A stretch of 64,000 nt of DNA from Eledone cirrhosa (GCA_964016885.1 OZ024741.1:271250001-271314000), one strand, 5' to 3'; shown: positions 13,012 to 28,093, numbered from the stretch's first letter. Program-made: numbers and translations. Notes: generated from the letters alone by a model not told the origin.

Positions 13012-14332
13012 ATATACATATATACATATATATATGTGTATGTGTATACTTGTGTGTGTATATATGTGTATGTGAGTATTCATATATATATATATGAATA
13101 CACTCATATATTATATATATATATACATATATACATATATATATGTGTATGTGTATACTTGTATGTGTATATATGTGTATGTGAGTATTCATATATATAT
13201 ATATGAATACACTCACAAACTCTCTCACACACGCAGACAGACACGGGTGTAAATAACAGCGAAACTGTGACCAGCAAATGAAACAAATATGATAGCTGCC
13301 GAGAGGAAAAAGCTTCAAAAACTCCCATAATGCAATTGTTAGCTCATTTATCTTTCTAATAGCAATGTTTCCCCTCCATATTTAGCAGCCGACTGGTCAT
13401 AAAACCATCATCTTTGTGGTCAACTTAATCTAAAGATTAACTCGCCTCAAAACACGACACTTTACATATGTTTTTCTGTTAGTTATGTATTTATATATTT
13501 ACTGGATTATTTTATCAGTTTATTTAGTTATTTACTATATTTGTTTGTTTATTTGTTTGTTTGTTTATGTGTGTGTGTATTTGTGTATGTGTGTGTAGTT
13601 GTGTATCTGTGTATGTGTGTGTTTTTGTATTTGTGTATGTTTTTTTATGTATGTATGTATGTATATATGTTTGAATGTGTGTATGTATGTGTGTATGTAT
13701 ACATGTGTTGTGTGTATTTATCTGTTTCGTTTATATGTTTATTTGTGTATATGTGTGTATGTGTGTATTTATTTATTTCGTTTGTGTGTGTATGTGTGTG
13801 TATTTATCTCTTTCGTTTGTATGTGTATGTGTGTATGTGTGTATGTGTTTGTGTATGTGTATATATGCGTATTTGTCCATTTCGTTTATTTGTATATGTG
13901 TATCTGTGTATGTGTATATGTGTATGTGTTTGTATATATCGATATATATATGTATGTGCGTATCTATTTCGTTTATATACTTTTATGAGTATTTGTGTTT
14001 ATGTGTGTATGTTTGTATGTGTATGTATATATGTGTGTATGTGTGTATTTTTCTATTTCGTTTATATGTTTATATGTGTATCTATGTATGTGAGTATGTG
14101 TGTGTATTTGTATATAGGCGTATATGTGTGTATATTTGTACGTGTATATGTGTTTGTGTATGTGTGTATGTATGTTTTTATTTGTGTGTCTATGTATTTA
14201 TGTATGTAATTGTTTATGTATGTATGTAATTGTTTATGTATGTAAATATGTATGTATTTATGCATGTATGTGCATGTATTTATGTATGTATAAATGTATG
14301 TATGTATGTATAAATGCATGTATGTATGTATG

Positions 14333-15430
14333 TTCTTCTGGTTTTATAATTTCAAAAAGTTTTACCAATAGAGAGAGAGTCGGTTTCTAAATAGACACAA
14401 GACTCTCTCATTGGAATTTACACAACATCATCTAGTTAGATATGTATGCATGCATGTGTAGATATGGATGTTATTGTATGTGTGGATGTGTATGTTTTGA
14501 GTTGTATGTGTGTTCCACCAGTACTCTTTCATATTATGTACGTGAATGTCTTCCACATTGCTGTAGCTTTTAATGTGCTTATTATCGGAGCTATCTTTTT
14601 TACGAACTGCATTGTACAGTGTTTTGGCCACTACATCATGCCTCGTAGGTAGATAGTACCGCGATGACATCTTTGGACAGCTGCTCATGACATGGTTGAT
14701 ATCCTCGGTGTTAGTTCTGCAGAGTCTGCACTTGTTATCACATCTAGGTGTTTTGCCTCTTTTGAGAATCAGATATTTCGTGTTAATCTCCTACTCTTGG
14801 ATTGCAAAAGCGTATCCTTCAAAGTGGGAGCCAATATAGCGGTTGTTGGTCCAAGATAGACTACTTTCCTTATCTATATTACTCTCACTCTGGAGCTTCC
14901 TGGCAACATGTCCATGCATGATTTTTTGCTGATAAGCATGCAGTTTTTCATCCATGGATTCACTGCGATACTGCTGAGCGACTTCCCTGGGTGTGGGTTT
15001 TTGATTATCACACAGGGAGTTCCTTCCTAACTCTCATGATCTTATCTGTTTCATGCTGATAGACTTGCTCGAGAAACGGGCTCCTACGCTTCGAGGTTCG
15101 TAGATGTTTTCGGAGAGATATGATGCGATATTCAAATGTTGTCTGGACTGATGTTAGGCCTCTGCCTCCCTGCTTACGTTTCAAGTAAAGGCGGTCTATG
15201 TCACTGTTGATGTGGAAGTTTCCGGTGTTGTTTAGTATTTTTCGAGTTCCAACATCAACTGCTCGGATTTCGTCTATCGTCCAATTGAGTATTCCAAACG
15301 TTGGTGTTAGGACAGGCACAGCAAACACATTGTGAGCCACTGTTTTGTTTTGCGCAGAGAGTTCCGATGACCAGATCTTTCTTAATCGGGTGTAGTATTC
15401 CCTGGCTACGCGTAACATTCCCTGGTTACG
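14333..15430 (-). mobile_element. R4/Dong-type LINE fragment, 5'-truncated and internally deleted
   Basis: Near-identical to parts of 52095-53625; deletion junction near 14512; flanked by (TATG)n. Confidence 0.9.
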
Positions 15431-15543
15431 TTATGTATGTATGTATGTATGTATGTATGTATGCATGTATGTATGTATGTATGTATGTATGTATGTATGT
15501 ATGTATGTATGTATGTATGTATGTATGTATGTATGTATGTATG

Positions 15544-16153
15544 TCAGGTCACCAGTTGGTGCTACTGGTAACATGTATCCCAGTACAACCTGTATCATGG
15601 TCGGGTCGTTGGCGACTAAACTGGCAACCCCACCAAGGTTTCTTGGTGAGGAGGGTGACTTTGGACATCCTGCAGGACTAAAAACAAAACCTGTCAAAGG
15701 GCAAGGGAGCTCTTAAGACTCAATAGCCATCCAAAATCACCGGGAGAGATGACCCCTTAGCCTTTGTCAAGGCAGAATTCTAGGAGAAGGAAAACTCTGA
15801 TATAACACCTGCAACCCTGATGGTATCCAATGATGTTGACTTGTTCTTCTTGTTGGTAAATATCATCTTGGTTAAGAGAGTGGGACTGGCTTTGTGCAGT
15901 GCCTTTGCTCACTATAAAAGCTTCACGGCACAGGCATTGCTTTATATCTGGAGATCTCTCTGCACTTGTCGTCACATGGTACCATGGGCCCAGCACTATG
16001 TGTCAATAATTGTCACAAGTGTAGTGTTTGTACCAGAGTTTTCAAGTCGCTGGCTGGACTAAAAAGTCACACTCGTTCAGCGCATCGGTAGGGGTTCTCC
16101 TACATGGATATAATGTAGTGGCCGTACTCGAAAACGAGTTGGCAGCCACCATG
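15544..16153 (+). mobile_element. Non-autonomous bipartite RTE-derived element (~610 bp)
   Basis: RTE-like 5'UTR motif ctaggagaaggaaaactctga (15780-15800); C-terminal C2H2 finger HKCSVCTRVFKSLAGLKSHTRSAHR* (16014-16091); (ATGT)n tail; copies at 38477-38988 and 39220-39826. Confidence 0.75.
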
Positions 16154-16201
16154 TAATTATGTATGTATGTATGTATGTATGTATGTATGTATGTATGTAT
16201 G

Positions 16202-16232
<31 letters not shown>

Positions 16233-16379
16233 TTATGTATGTAATTATGTATGTAAATATGAATATATGAATATACGAATATATGTATATATGTATGTAG
16301 CTAGGTATGTACTTGTGTGGCATGTATACACACTGACGCACACTTGGGATGGGCTCTACCTGTAATTCAAACGTGAAGC

Positions 16380-16900
16380 CATGTCACAATGTGTTACACT
16401 GTATCATACTGTGTCACACTGTGCCAGCTGTGTCACATTGTGTCATACTGTGTCAACTGTTCCACACTGTGTCATACTGTGTCACACTGTGTCACTCTGT
16501 GTCACTCAGTGTCACTCTGTGTCACTCAGTGTCACACTGTGTCACACGGTGTCACACTGTGCCACACGGTGTCACACTGTTCCATACTGTATCACACTGT
16601 GTCATACTGTGTCACTTTGTGTCACACTGTGTCACACTGTATCATACTGTGTTACTCTGTGTCATACTGTGTCACACTGTCAAACCGTGTCACACTGTAT
16701 CATATGTGTTACTCTGTGTCATACTGTGTCACACTGTCAAACCGTGTCACACTGTATCATATGTGTTACTCTGTGTCATACTGTGTCACACTGTCAAACC
16801 GTGTCACACTGTATCATATGTGTTACTCTGTGTCATACTGTGTCACACTGTATCATACTGTTTTACTCTGTGTCATACTGTCATACAACTGTACACTGAA
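16380..16900. repeat. 10-bp minisatellite (gtgtcacact/gtgtcatact) with a 57-bp higher-order repeat
   Basis: Decamer periodicity; caaaccg at 16681, 16738, 16795. Confidence 0.9.
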
Positions 16901-17643
16901 TACTTTCTCCGCCTCAGTCGTTTCGGCCGTAAACTGGGACACTGTCGCCAGTAACGTGGAGGGGATAAAACAAACCAAACCCGGGGCCTTGACCAACCGC
17001 TTCATTAACATACTGGCCACCATCGGGATCTTTAATGTGATTGGTCCTCCAATTGGTGTTTACCTCCACAAAAAATTACCTTAAGGTTACAACACCACCA
17101 CCACTATCCCCACCATCTCTATACCTCACCCACTCCACCACACATCCTCACACACCACCACCATACATTACCACCACCTCCACACACTACCACCACCTCC
17201 ACAAAATTGGGAGGTGTGCATCCCGCCTGTGGTATGAGCCCTGTAAAGTATAGTGGTGGCTGATGAAGTGGGTGTCGCTTGCTGTTCTCTGTGGCAATGC
17301 TTTCGCCTATTTTGTCCCCGTGGCGCAACCGAGATATACCACCTGAACTGGGGGCGCGGAGTCTGCCACCTTTCCCAACACCACCTTCTTTCTTTTAGCT
17401 TCACAATTAATTTTTTCTCTCCCTTTTTCTTTTTCTATTGCAAATGTTATATAATCTAACTGAAATGTATACATGATCACACATTGGTGTGTGTAGGAAA
17501 AACTGCCGGCCCAGACGTCGTTCTCGACGAGAGAGTCCATCAGGCCGGAACTTCTGCCGGTTTCACTGGCGTTAAGAAACTGGGAGTACAAGATGGGACG
17601 GGACGCTAGACCATCTTAATGTTAACTTCCAACTGCTGCAGAT

Positions 17644-17780
17644 GCTGGTACAGATTTTCAACTGAGTGCTGTGGAGCAATGTGGAATGAAGTTCCTTGTT
17701 GAAGAGCACAATGTGCCGCGTGATCCCGGGATCGTGCCACCGGCCTTATGAGGGTGAGACCGTAACCATTAGGCCACTAG
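17644..17780 (-). mobile_element. tRNA-derived SINE fragment
   Basis: A-box-like gtggcctaatggtta head, degenerate B box, SINE-like body. Confidence 0.5.
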
Positions 17781-17904
17781 CTTTCCTCTCATCTCCTCTA
17801 ATTCCATTTCACTCTCTCTCCGTCTCCCTCATTCTATCTTTCTCTCTATCTCTCAATTTAGCACATATACATGCACATGTACATACATGCACACACATAT
17901 ATGC

Positions 17905-17935
<31 letters not shown>

Positions 17936-17959
17936 CACGCACCCCTCCACACACACATG

Positions 17960-18043
<84 letters not shown>

Positions 18044-18182
18044 CATACATCCATACATATTTACATACACACACTCACACACACACACTCACATATATCT
18101 ATATAAGGTTCAACAAATACATGTATACATATATATGCGTGTGCATGTGTGTGTGTACCTTTATCTCTCTGTCTCTCTCTCT

Positions 18183-18236
<54 letters not shown>

Positions 18237-18419
18237 CTCTTTCTCTCTCCCTCTCTATTTCTGTAGCCAGCCAGCTCTCTTTCCTCACCCAAACCTTCTT
18301 CTATTACTCTTCCCTCCCCTTCTCTACCCCCTCCCCCAACTACACCCCACCCAAATATGACACGGTTATTTACGACTTGTAAAATATACTAAAATATACC
18401 AATACCATTATCGATATCA

Positions 18420-19920
18420 CTGCAACTATCATCACTCGACTCGACACCACCTCCACCATCTTCGCCACTACCACCACCACTGCCACCATCACCACCATCA
18501 CCACCATCACCACCACTTACATCACCATCCTCGCCATTACCAACACCACCACCACTGCCACCATCACCACCATCACCACCACTCACATCCCCATCCTCGC
18601 CACTACCACCACCACCACCACCACTGCCACCATCACCACCATCACCACCACTCACATCACCATCCTCGCCACTACCACCACCACCACCACTGCCACCATC
18701 ACCACCATCACCACCACTCACATCACCATCATCGCCACTACCATTACCACTACCGCCACCACCACTGCCACCATCACCACCATCACCACTTCCATCACCA
18801 CTACCACACACCACCATTACCACTACCACCACCACCACTACCATCACCACTACCATCACCACTACCACACACCACCATTACCACTACCACCACCACCACT
18901 ACCATCACCACTACCATCACCACCACAACTACCACTACCATCACCACCACCATCACCACCACCATCACTACCACACACCACTACCACCACCATTACCACT
19001 ACCACCACCACCACCACCACCACCACCATACCACCACTATACCACCACCACCACCATACCACCACTATACCACCACCACACACTACTACCTTCACCGCCA
19101 CCACTATCATCACCACTACCCCTACCATCACCACCTCCACCTCTATACCACCACCACTACCACACACCAGTATTACTTACCACTACCATATCACAACAAC
19201 CACTACCACTAGCACCACCACCACCATCACTACACACTACCAACTATACCACTCTAACACACCACTACCACTACCACCACCATACCACCACCACTACCAC
19301 ACCACTACCACCACCACCATATCACCATCACCACTACCACTACCATCATCACCACACACCACCACTACCACTACCACTTCCACCACCCCCACCATGCCAC
19401 CACCGCCACTATCACTACCATCACCACCACCACCAGCACACAGTACTACACACCACCATCACACTACTACACATCACCACCACTGCCACCACCATACCAC
19501 CACAACTACCACCATACACCACACACCACCACTGCCACTGCCACTACCACCACCACCATACCACCACCACCACCACCACTACACACCACACACATGGGTG
19601 GTGGTGGTGTGTGGTGTCTTGTGGTAGTTGTGATGGTGGTGGTGGTGGTGGTGGTGGTGGTGTGTGAATGGTGGTGTCTTGTGGTGGTGTGTAGTGGTGT
19701 GTGGTGGTGGTATCTCATGGTAGTTGCGGTGGTGGTGCTGGTGGTGGTGGTGTGTGGATGGTGGTTACTTGTGGTAGTTGTGGTAGTTGTGGTGGTGGTG
19801 GTGGTGTGTGTGGTGGGTAGGCGGTGGCGGTGTGTGGTGGTGTGTGACGGGGGGGGGGGTGTCTTGTGGTGGGTGTGGTGGTGGTGTCTTGTGTTGGTGT
19901 GTGACGGGTGGGTGGTGGTT
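18420..19920. repeat. Degenerate (CCA/CAC)n tract switching to (GGT)n at ~19595
   Basis: Direct inspection. Confidence 0.85.
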
Positions 19921-20169
19921 AACTCGATGACAACCCGACGTGGTTATCTGTGACACCATAATGCCAACTCACAAATATACTGTTGTAATGGACTCCCCCT
20001 TTTTGATACAACGGAAGCTGTGCGCGGGAGGAGGGGGCGGAGGGGAGGGGGGATAAACAACAAACCCCTAAATTGCCTGCGGTGGTCCTCCGTCGCTTTC
20101 GACGATGAGTGTTCCAGTTATTCCAGCAACGGAACAGCTTGAATGGGAAATTAACGTGCAAATGGCTCA

Positions 20170-20566
20170 ACATTCTACAGACATGTGTAGTTGTCAGGGA
20201 GATCCAGCTTGACATGTTGTCTATGGTTCTAGTATTCTACAGAGCTGTACTCTTAACCTAGTTCTCAGGGAGATTCGGCTTGACAGTGTGTGTGGCTCTA
20301 GTATTTCACAGACACGTGTACTCTTAAGTAGTTCTCAAGGAGATTCAGCTTGGCAGTGTCTATGGTTCTAGGATTCCATATATATCTGTACTCTTAACCT
20401 AGTTCTCAGGGAGATTCAGCTATACAGCGTCTGTGGCTCTAGTATTCCATATATATCTGTACTCTTAACCTAGTTCTCAGGGAGATTCAGCTACACAGTG
20501 TCTGTGACTATAGTATTCCATATATATCTGTACTCTTGACCTAGTTCTCAGGGAGATCCAGCTTGA
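20170..20566. repeat. ~71-bp tandem repeat, ~5.5 copies
   Basis: gttctca(g/a)ggagatt at 20261, 20331, 20402, 20473, 20544. Confidence 0.9.
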
Positions 20567-20894
20567 TATGGTGTGTGAGAAGGCTGTGGCTCTTTCAATA
20601 ACAAATACAGTTTATCCTGTTTTTCAAAGTCCAGCAGTAGCAAGAGCGGGAGAGCTCATCCTGACGAGAATCCAGTTGAGTTCGAAATGCATCGACAATT
20701 GTCCCCCTTGTTTCTGCCGGGCACCGTCTGGTGGCGTTAGCTGCCAGTGTGTTACTCATAGCTATGGATTTCTAAAGGTTTATTTATAAACATAGCGTAT
20801 TTCTTTTGAAATACGAAATTCATATTTTTATACAGCTATGTTCGAAGCTAAATTCTAATTCTACTATATGTAAGTGTGTATGTATGTGTGAGTG

Positions 20895-21417
<523 letters not shown>

Positions 21418-21483
21418 CGTGTGTGTGTAAATCTGTGTATTTGTACGTATTTGATACAACTATATAGATACTTTTTCTTGTGT

Positions 21484-21583
<100 letters not shown>

Positions 21584-22121
21584 TTTGATCTATAATGATG
21601 GTTTTGCTACTTCTTTAGTTGATTAATTAAATTAATCGAGGTAGTGTTGTTAATTTGGGGGATCTTGTGAGCTATTTCTAGCTTCCCTCTTGACCCCTAG
21701 CTTTTTACGTCGTCCCGACTAATTTTTAATGCTAACAGTACATAGTTTATCTATACTATAAAGATAAAATGCCGGTATGCCTAGCCGGACGCCAGCCGGA
21801 CGGGCTAGCAAGTATAATATAAATCGTCGTTTTGGCTGATAACTTAGTTGGTGTCTAGACTCGATATACCAACACAAGATAATTTATTTGAAGTTTCTTA
21901 GAACATCTTTTAAGTTTTATGTATGTTAATAAGACTTATTATTATAGATGAGAAATGACTATCTTAATTTACTAATTAACCATATATTAATTGTTATTTT
22001 TCTTGATTATATGAAACCGCGGTGTAAGCAATTATGTAAGTAAAATTATGTTCTCTTTAAATGTATTCTTTACTTACAATGCTAAGTTTTAATATACTAT
22101 ATATTATTATAGGTAAATATA

Positions 22122-22228
22122 GGGCGGCGATTTGGCAGAGGGTCGGACGTCATGCTTTCTAGCATAGTTACGTCCTATTACGGTCTGAGTTCAAATTGCT
22201 GGCCTTGTGCCAAAAGTAGAAACAATTA
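22122..22228 (+). mobile_element. SINE fragment (other copies 29995-30110 -, 40372-40565 +, 53950-54040 -, 63205-63350 -, 63481-63540 +)
   Basis: Shared ggcggcga..tggcaga head, tctgagttcaaat B-box-like motif, and tcgataaaataaagtaccagt body in the longer copies. Confidence 0.7.
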
Positions 22229-22310
22229 AAGGTAATTATAATTTGTATAGGTGAAGCATTGTAAAATATGGTTTTTAACCTGTATAAGCATGGAGTTGTT
22301 TATGGTGTAT

Positions 22311-22353
<43 letters not shown>

Positions 22354-22789
22354 GAAAATGAATAAACAAAACCCAGGAAGCAATTGTATACAGTTATATT
22401 AGGTTCACGCTTGGTGGAAGTGGAGAAATATATATCCGATTGAATACGGGCGTGTGGTGTTTTCTCCCCAACTTTTTTTCTCATTTTTCACTGCTCCTTC
22501 CTCTTATCACACTTTACTTCCTATTTATCTTCTATTTCTAACTCTATCGTCTAATGAAGGATTATTGTGCGAAACGTTAAGATTCTCTACCTGTTATTTC
22601 AAGCGTTAAACTAATATTTTTCTTCCGTGTACTGTGCCGTTTGTTTTGTTATTTCTGCCATATCTCTTTACCTTTTATACACACATACATACACACACAC
22701 ACTACGTACACGCGCACACACACACGCGCGCACACGCACACCCACACACCCACACACTCACACTCCCAAAATATATACATATCAGAAAG

Positions 22790-22985
22790 GAGGCGGTAAA
22801 AACCAATTAGACCATTACTCACAAGAGTACTCGATACTTGGGGCAGTAGAGTGGGTAATGTGAAAAGTTCCGGCCCCCGACGACTGAGCTCCTGCCGTTT
22901 CAACAGCTAGATCCGAACTGAATTCAGTTCGGATCTAGTTGTTGAAATCGCAAGGGCTCGGCCGTCGCGGTCCATAATTTTTTAT
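22790..22985 (-). mobile_element. Fold-back mini-element family G (3' half of hammerhead only)
   Basis: Palindrome centred on ctgaattcag ~22918-22927; homologous to 920-980 and 42300-42437. Confidence 0.7.
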
Positions 22986-22989
22986 ATAT

Positions 22990-23024
<35 letters not shown>

Positions 23025-23717
23025 GTTATATATATATATAGTTATATATATATAGTTATAATTTGGGAGGGCCATGCTGCCAATAAAAACACACGTACCT
23101 GTTAGTTTTCACTTCAGTTTATTATATATTTCCGCTTAGTTGGTTGGTTCGATAAGCGGATGGTTGTTTATATATTGTCAAATCTCTTTCGTCACACATT
23201 CAGAAGAAAGAATGAGAAATAAGATAGATTGAAGGGACGGGCGGGCGGGTTGGAATTGGAAAATATATCTTTAGATAAAAATAACAGGTCCACTCATGTT
23301 GATATCTCTTGCATATATATATATGTGAAAGTTTCATACACTCAACATATATGTGCGACCATTGCTTTTGGGGTCCAATTGTGGCCACCACTATATATTA
23401 GAGATGGTCGCACATACATGTTAAGTGTATGAAACTTTGTTTATAGTAAATAAGCTCTTTTGCAACAGATTGAGCTCTGTTTTCTTTGACCTTTCATCTA
23501 CGGATTTCTACACACACTCACACACACACTCACACACACACACACACACACACATATAGGTTGAATGTAAACAAAGAAGGTGTGGTTTAGTACTTAATTA
23601 TTTCATTGTTTTGCGTTTGTTTCAAAATGTTGATTGGACCGTGATAATATCGATATATTGCCTAATTGATAGCAGTAATGTAACGTCATACTGTCAGTCT
23701 CAATATACATATACACT

Positions 23718-23814
<97 letters not shown>

Positions 23815-23866
23815 ACATATATACACATATATATATGTATACATATATATTAATATATATATATTA

Positions 23867-23926
<60 letters not shown>

Positions 23927-24160
23927 TTCGTTTCTGAATTTGCAACATGACCCTCCCAAAGTATAACAATATATATATATATATATACATATATATATGT
24001 GTGTGTGTGTGTATGTGTGTGTGTGTACATATGTATACATATATATATTTATTTATTTATGTTCATACACGGAACAAAGGCTACCCAAGGTTTCAAGGTC
24101 CAATTGAGAACTGATTTCCTCTTTCATTTTTACTTTTACGGATCTTGCTACACACACACA

Positions 24161-24225
<65 letters not shown>

Positions 24226-24240
24226 ACACACACACACACG

Positions 24241-24320
<80 letters not shown>

Positions 24321-24370
24321 CGCTCACACACACAAACACACGCTCACACACACACACACACACACACACG

Positions 24371-24437
<67 letters not shown>

Positions 24438-24570
24438 ACACACACGCTCACATAAATACACGCATATAAATTAGATCTAGATCTAAGTGATCTTGGTAAC
24501 ACACATGAACGAACTTAATGACCTATCCACTGGGTATACGTAATTATATTAGGAATCGCTTAACGTGAAT

Positions 24571-25125
<555 letters not shown>

Positions 25126-25136
25126 TATATAATTAT

Positions 25137-25176
<40 letters not shown>

Positions 25177-25177
25177 T

Positions 25178-25208
<31 letters not shown>

Positions 25209-25290
25209 AAAGGTTCATCGGGATCGGATCACTGGTTTAGACGCCAACTGGTAACACACAGACAGACAGAAATTGCCAACAGTTAGTTCA

Positions 25291-25340
25291 CCATACCGAG
25301 AACAATTGTTTCACGTTAGCGGATCCTCAGCTCGTAATGG
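25291..25340 (-). ncRNA. Minimal type I hammerhead downstream of the PLE ORF end
   Basis: ccattacgag-CTGAGGA-tccgctaacgt-GAAA-caattg-TT-ctcggtatgg; weak stem II. Confidence 0.68.
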
Positions 25341-25515
25341 ACATGGTTATACGGAACAGCATGCGCAGAAACGATCACTTCACATAGGCAATACTATATT
25401 GCGTGCGAGAGGTGAAAGGGAGATAACTGCGAAAGTCCGAAAGTTTCTAGTTGATAAGAAAAAATTAGGATGTTGTAATTCAATCCGGAACTTTGTAGTT
25501 ATGTAAGAAGTGTTT

Positions 25516-25815
25516 CTAGACGTGTGGACAACGTGTGAAGAATTTATTTCTCGAGTTTAGGCAATCACTATTGCGTAATCTCTTTAGAATATTTATTCGT
25601 TCATCAATACATAGTCCACACGACTGATTGCCCCTTGCGTATGGCTTGAACTTAGTGATGGCTTTCCATTGAATGGAGTAGTCTATACTTGAGTCCCTGA
25701 GGGACCATACGTGGCTCGCGAGTTTGGTGGATGAACGTCTGCCCGGGTACCTAAAGGTCGACTGGTGGTTCAGGAAGCGTTCCTTAAATCGGCCCTCCGC
25801 CATACCCACAAATCC
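25516..25815 (-). mobile_element. Penelope-like GIY-YIG endonuclease C-terminal fragment
   Basis: FVGMAEGRFKERFLNHQSTF..STKLASHVWSLRD..CGLCIDERINI..LNSRNKFFTRCPH. Confidence 0.88.
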
Positions 25816-25829
25816 TATGTGGGTATGGC

Positions 25830-27133
25830 GTGACAGGGGAGGACTTTTCTTCATCGATGTTCCTGCTGGCACAGGCAAGACATTCCTCATAAACTTCCTG
25901 CTTGAAAAGGTTCGCCAAAAGCAACATAGTGCCCTTGCTGTGGCTTTAAGGGGCATTGCAGTAACACTTCTGGATGGAGGAAGAACTGCATACTCCATGT
26001 TTAAGCTGCCCATAGATCTCACTCGGCATGAACAATCTTTTTGCAACATCAAGAACTCGCCCAAGAGCTAGCTTCTGCAAACATGCAAGATCATAATTTG
26101 GGATGAAGCTACTATGAGCCATAAAGGAGCAATTGAAGCTTTGGACCGGACGATATGGGATCTGAGAGAAAATAGTTGCATAATGGAAGGAGTGACAATG
26201 GTTCTTGCTGATGATTTCAGGCAAACACTGCCTGTAATTCTTCGAGGGACTCGAGCTGATCAGGTCAATGCCTGTTTGAAAACATCCTATCTCTGGCCCC
26301 ACTTTCAGCTGCTGAGCCTTACAACCAACATACGAGTGCACTTAACTAGTGACGAAGGTATCAGTGAGTTTGCCATCCAACTACTTAAATTGGGAAATGG
26401 ACTTCTTGAAAAGGACTCCAATGACCATATTCAGTTGTCATTTGGCCATATCATTGACACATAACAAGACCTGATTGCCAGAGTGTTTCCAAATATTCAG
26501 ACCAGGCAATGTGATCCGAAATGGCTCTGTGAACGAGCAATCTTAGCACCTAAAAATGTTGCTGTGAAAGAAATCAACAGAAGTCTGCTGGAGATGTTAC
26601 TGGGAGAGAAAATATGCTACAAATCAGTTGACACAATCACTTCTCAAGACCAGGTTGTAAACTATCCAACTGAATTTTTGAACAGTCTTGAACAAGCGGG
26701 AATTCCTCCACACAACCTGATACTGAAGCTTGGAGCATCGGTTATGCTACTTCGCAATCGGGATCCTCCCAAACTTTGTAATTGCACAAGACTCATCATC
26801 AAAAATATGATATCCAATGTTCTAGAAGTTGCAATCATGTCAGGAAAACTTGCTGGTGACAATTGTTTCATTCCCAGAATACCTCTGAAGCCAACTAATT
26901 TGCCATTTGAATTTCAAAGACTGCAATTTCCGATCAGGCTCAGTTTTTCCATGACCTTTAATAAATCTCAAGGGCAATCATTGAAAGTCGTTGGGTTGAA
27001 TCTGACAGATCCTGTCTTTTCACATGGTCAACTCTATGTTGGCACAACAAGGGTTGGGAACCCTGATTGTCTCTTCATTGTGGCACCACAGGGCAAAACC
27101 AAGAATGTTGTTTATCCAGAGGCTTTGGAATGA
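25830..27133 (+). mobile_element. Helitron PIF1-family helicase pseudogene
   Basis: DVPAGTGKTFL (Walker A), IIWDEA, DFRQTLPV, RAILAPKN, RLQFPIRLSFSMTFNKSQGQSL, FSHGQLYV; in-frame stops near 26070 and 26463. Confidence 0.92.
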
Positions 27134-28063
27134 GCAATGTTGTAATTCTTCATGCAATGACACAGATCCTAATTCCTTAGTCATGTAGTTTGCAAGGAAT
27201 TCTGAAGCCGCAAATTTACTGCGGTGTTACTTTGGAAGAATATGCAGACATTCCCGGGTACCTCTGCTATATAAAGTAGTATAAGTGATGACTTTGTTGG
27301 GTAGAAATAGAAGCTAAATTTCCTTCAAATCCCACCTTACTTTCTCAGGTATGTATATATGTATGAAGCAAAAAGGAATGGTTCTATGTGATAACTCGAT
27401 CTACTAGAAATATTAGCAAAATCCATTTCAAATCACAAACAACTGTCTTACACACATACATGTGTGTGTATGTATCTATGTATCTCATGTGAGCCACTAT
27501 AACTGTTGGTATAGCTAATAGAAATAGAAAACAAATCTCCCCCAAACAAGATCCTACTGCCACAGAGGTAAAGATTGGTGAAAGCTACAGTGTACAAATT
27601 TAAATACACTTTCCCCGAATTACAGAAATGAGTAAGTACATGCTTCATTCAATCATAAACCAATGTTAAATTTATTTTCTTATTTTATTTATGGTTTTTT
27701 AAATAGTCTTTACATGTTGTTTGAATTTCAGAGGTTCAGATTGAGCAAAAAAAAAAAAAAAAAAAAAAAAAGAAAGAAAAGGATAAATTAAAAAAATCTA
27801 AATGTATTTTTTTGGACATGCCCTTTTCACTGACAACATACCTAATGATTCATCTATGAATAAAGCATTATATATGCTGACTGTAATAGGGAGCAGTATT
27901 TAAAAAATCACCACTGAAAAAAACTAATATTTTTATCTAGATGATTTACCAAACGGCAATAAATATTGTGCTATAATTCCTACTTTAGTTAAAATTCAGC
28001 AATCATATTTGAATGGTCAAATATTTTGTAATGTGTGTCAAATATATTGTAACTTTCATAAAA

Positions 28064-28093
28064 TACCCTGGTATCACCGGGTAGCTCAGCTAG
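28064..28093 (+). mobile_element. Helitron 3' terminus (hairpin + CTAG|T)
   Basis: taccctggtatcaccgggta hairpin, then gctcagctag-t. Confidence 0.6.

Noticed and set aside
16014-16091. Host C2H2 zinc-finger gene exon
   Set aside because: Lies in a three-copy repeat ending in (ATGT)n; fits an RTE ORF C-terminus
16349-17084. Cys/His-rich ORFs resembling metallothionein or zinc fingers
   Set aside because: Product of a 10-bp minisatellite open in all three frames
20170-20566. 71-bp repeat as CRISPR or a structured RNA array
   Set aside because: Whole unit is repeated; ordinary minisatellite
25830-27133. Host PIF1 gene
   Set aside because: Intronless, interrupted by stops, Helitron-type sequence with a Helitron-like terminus downstream
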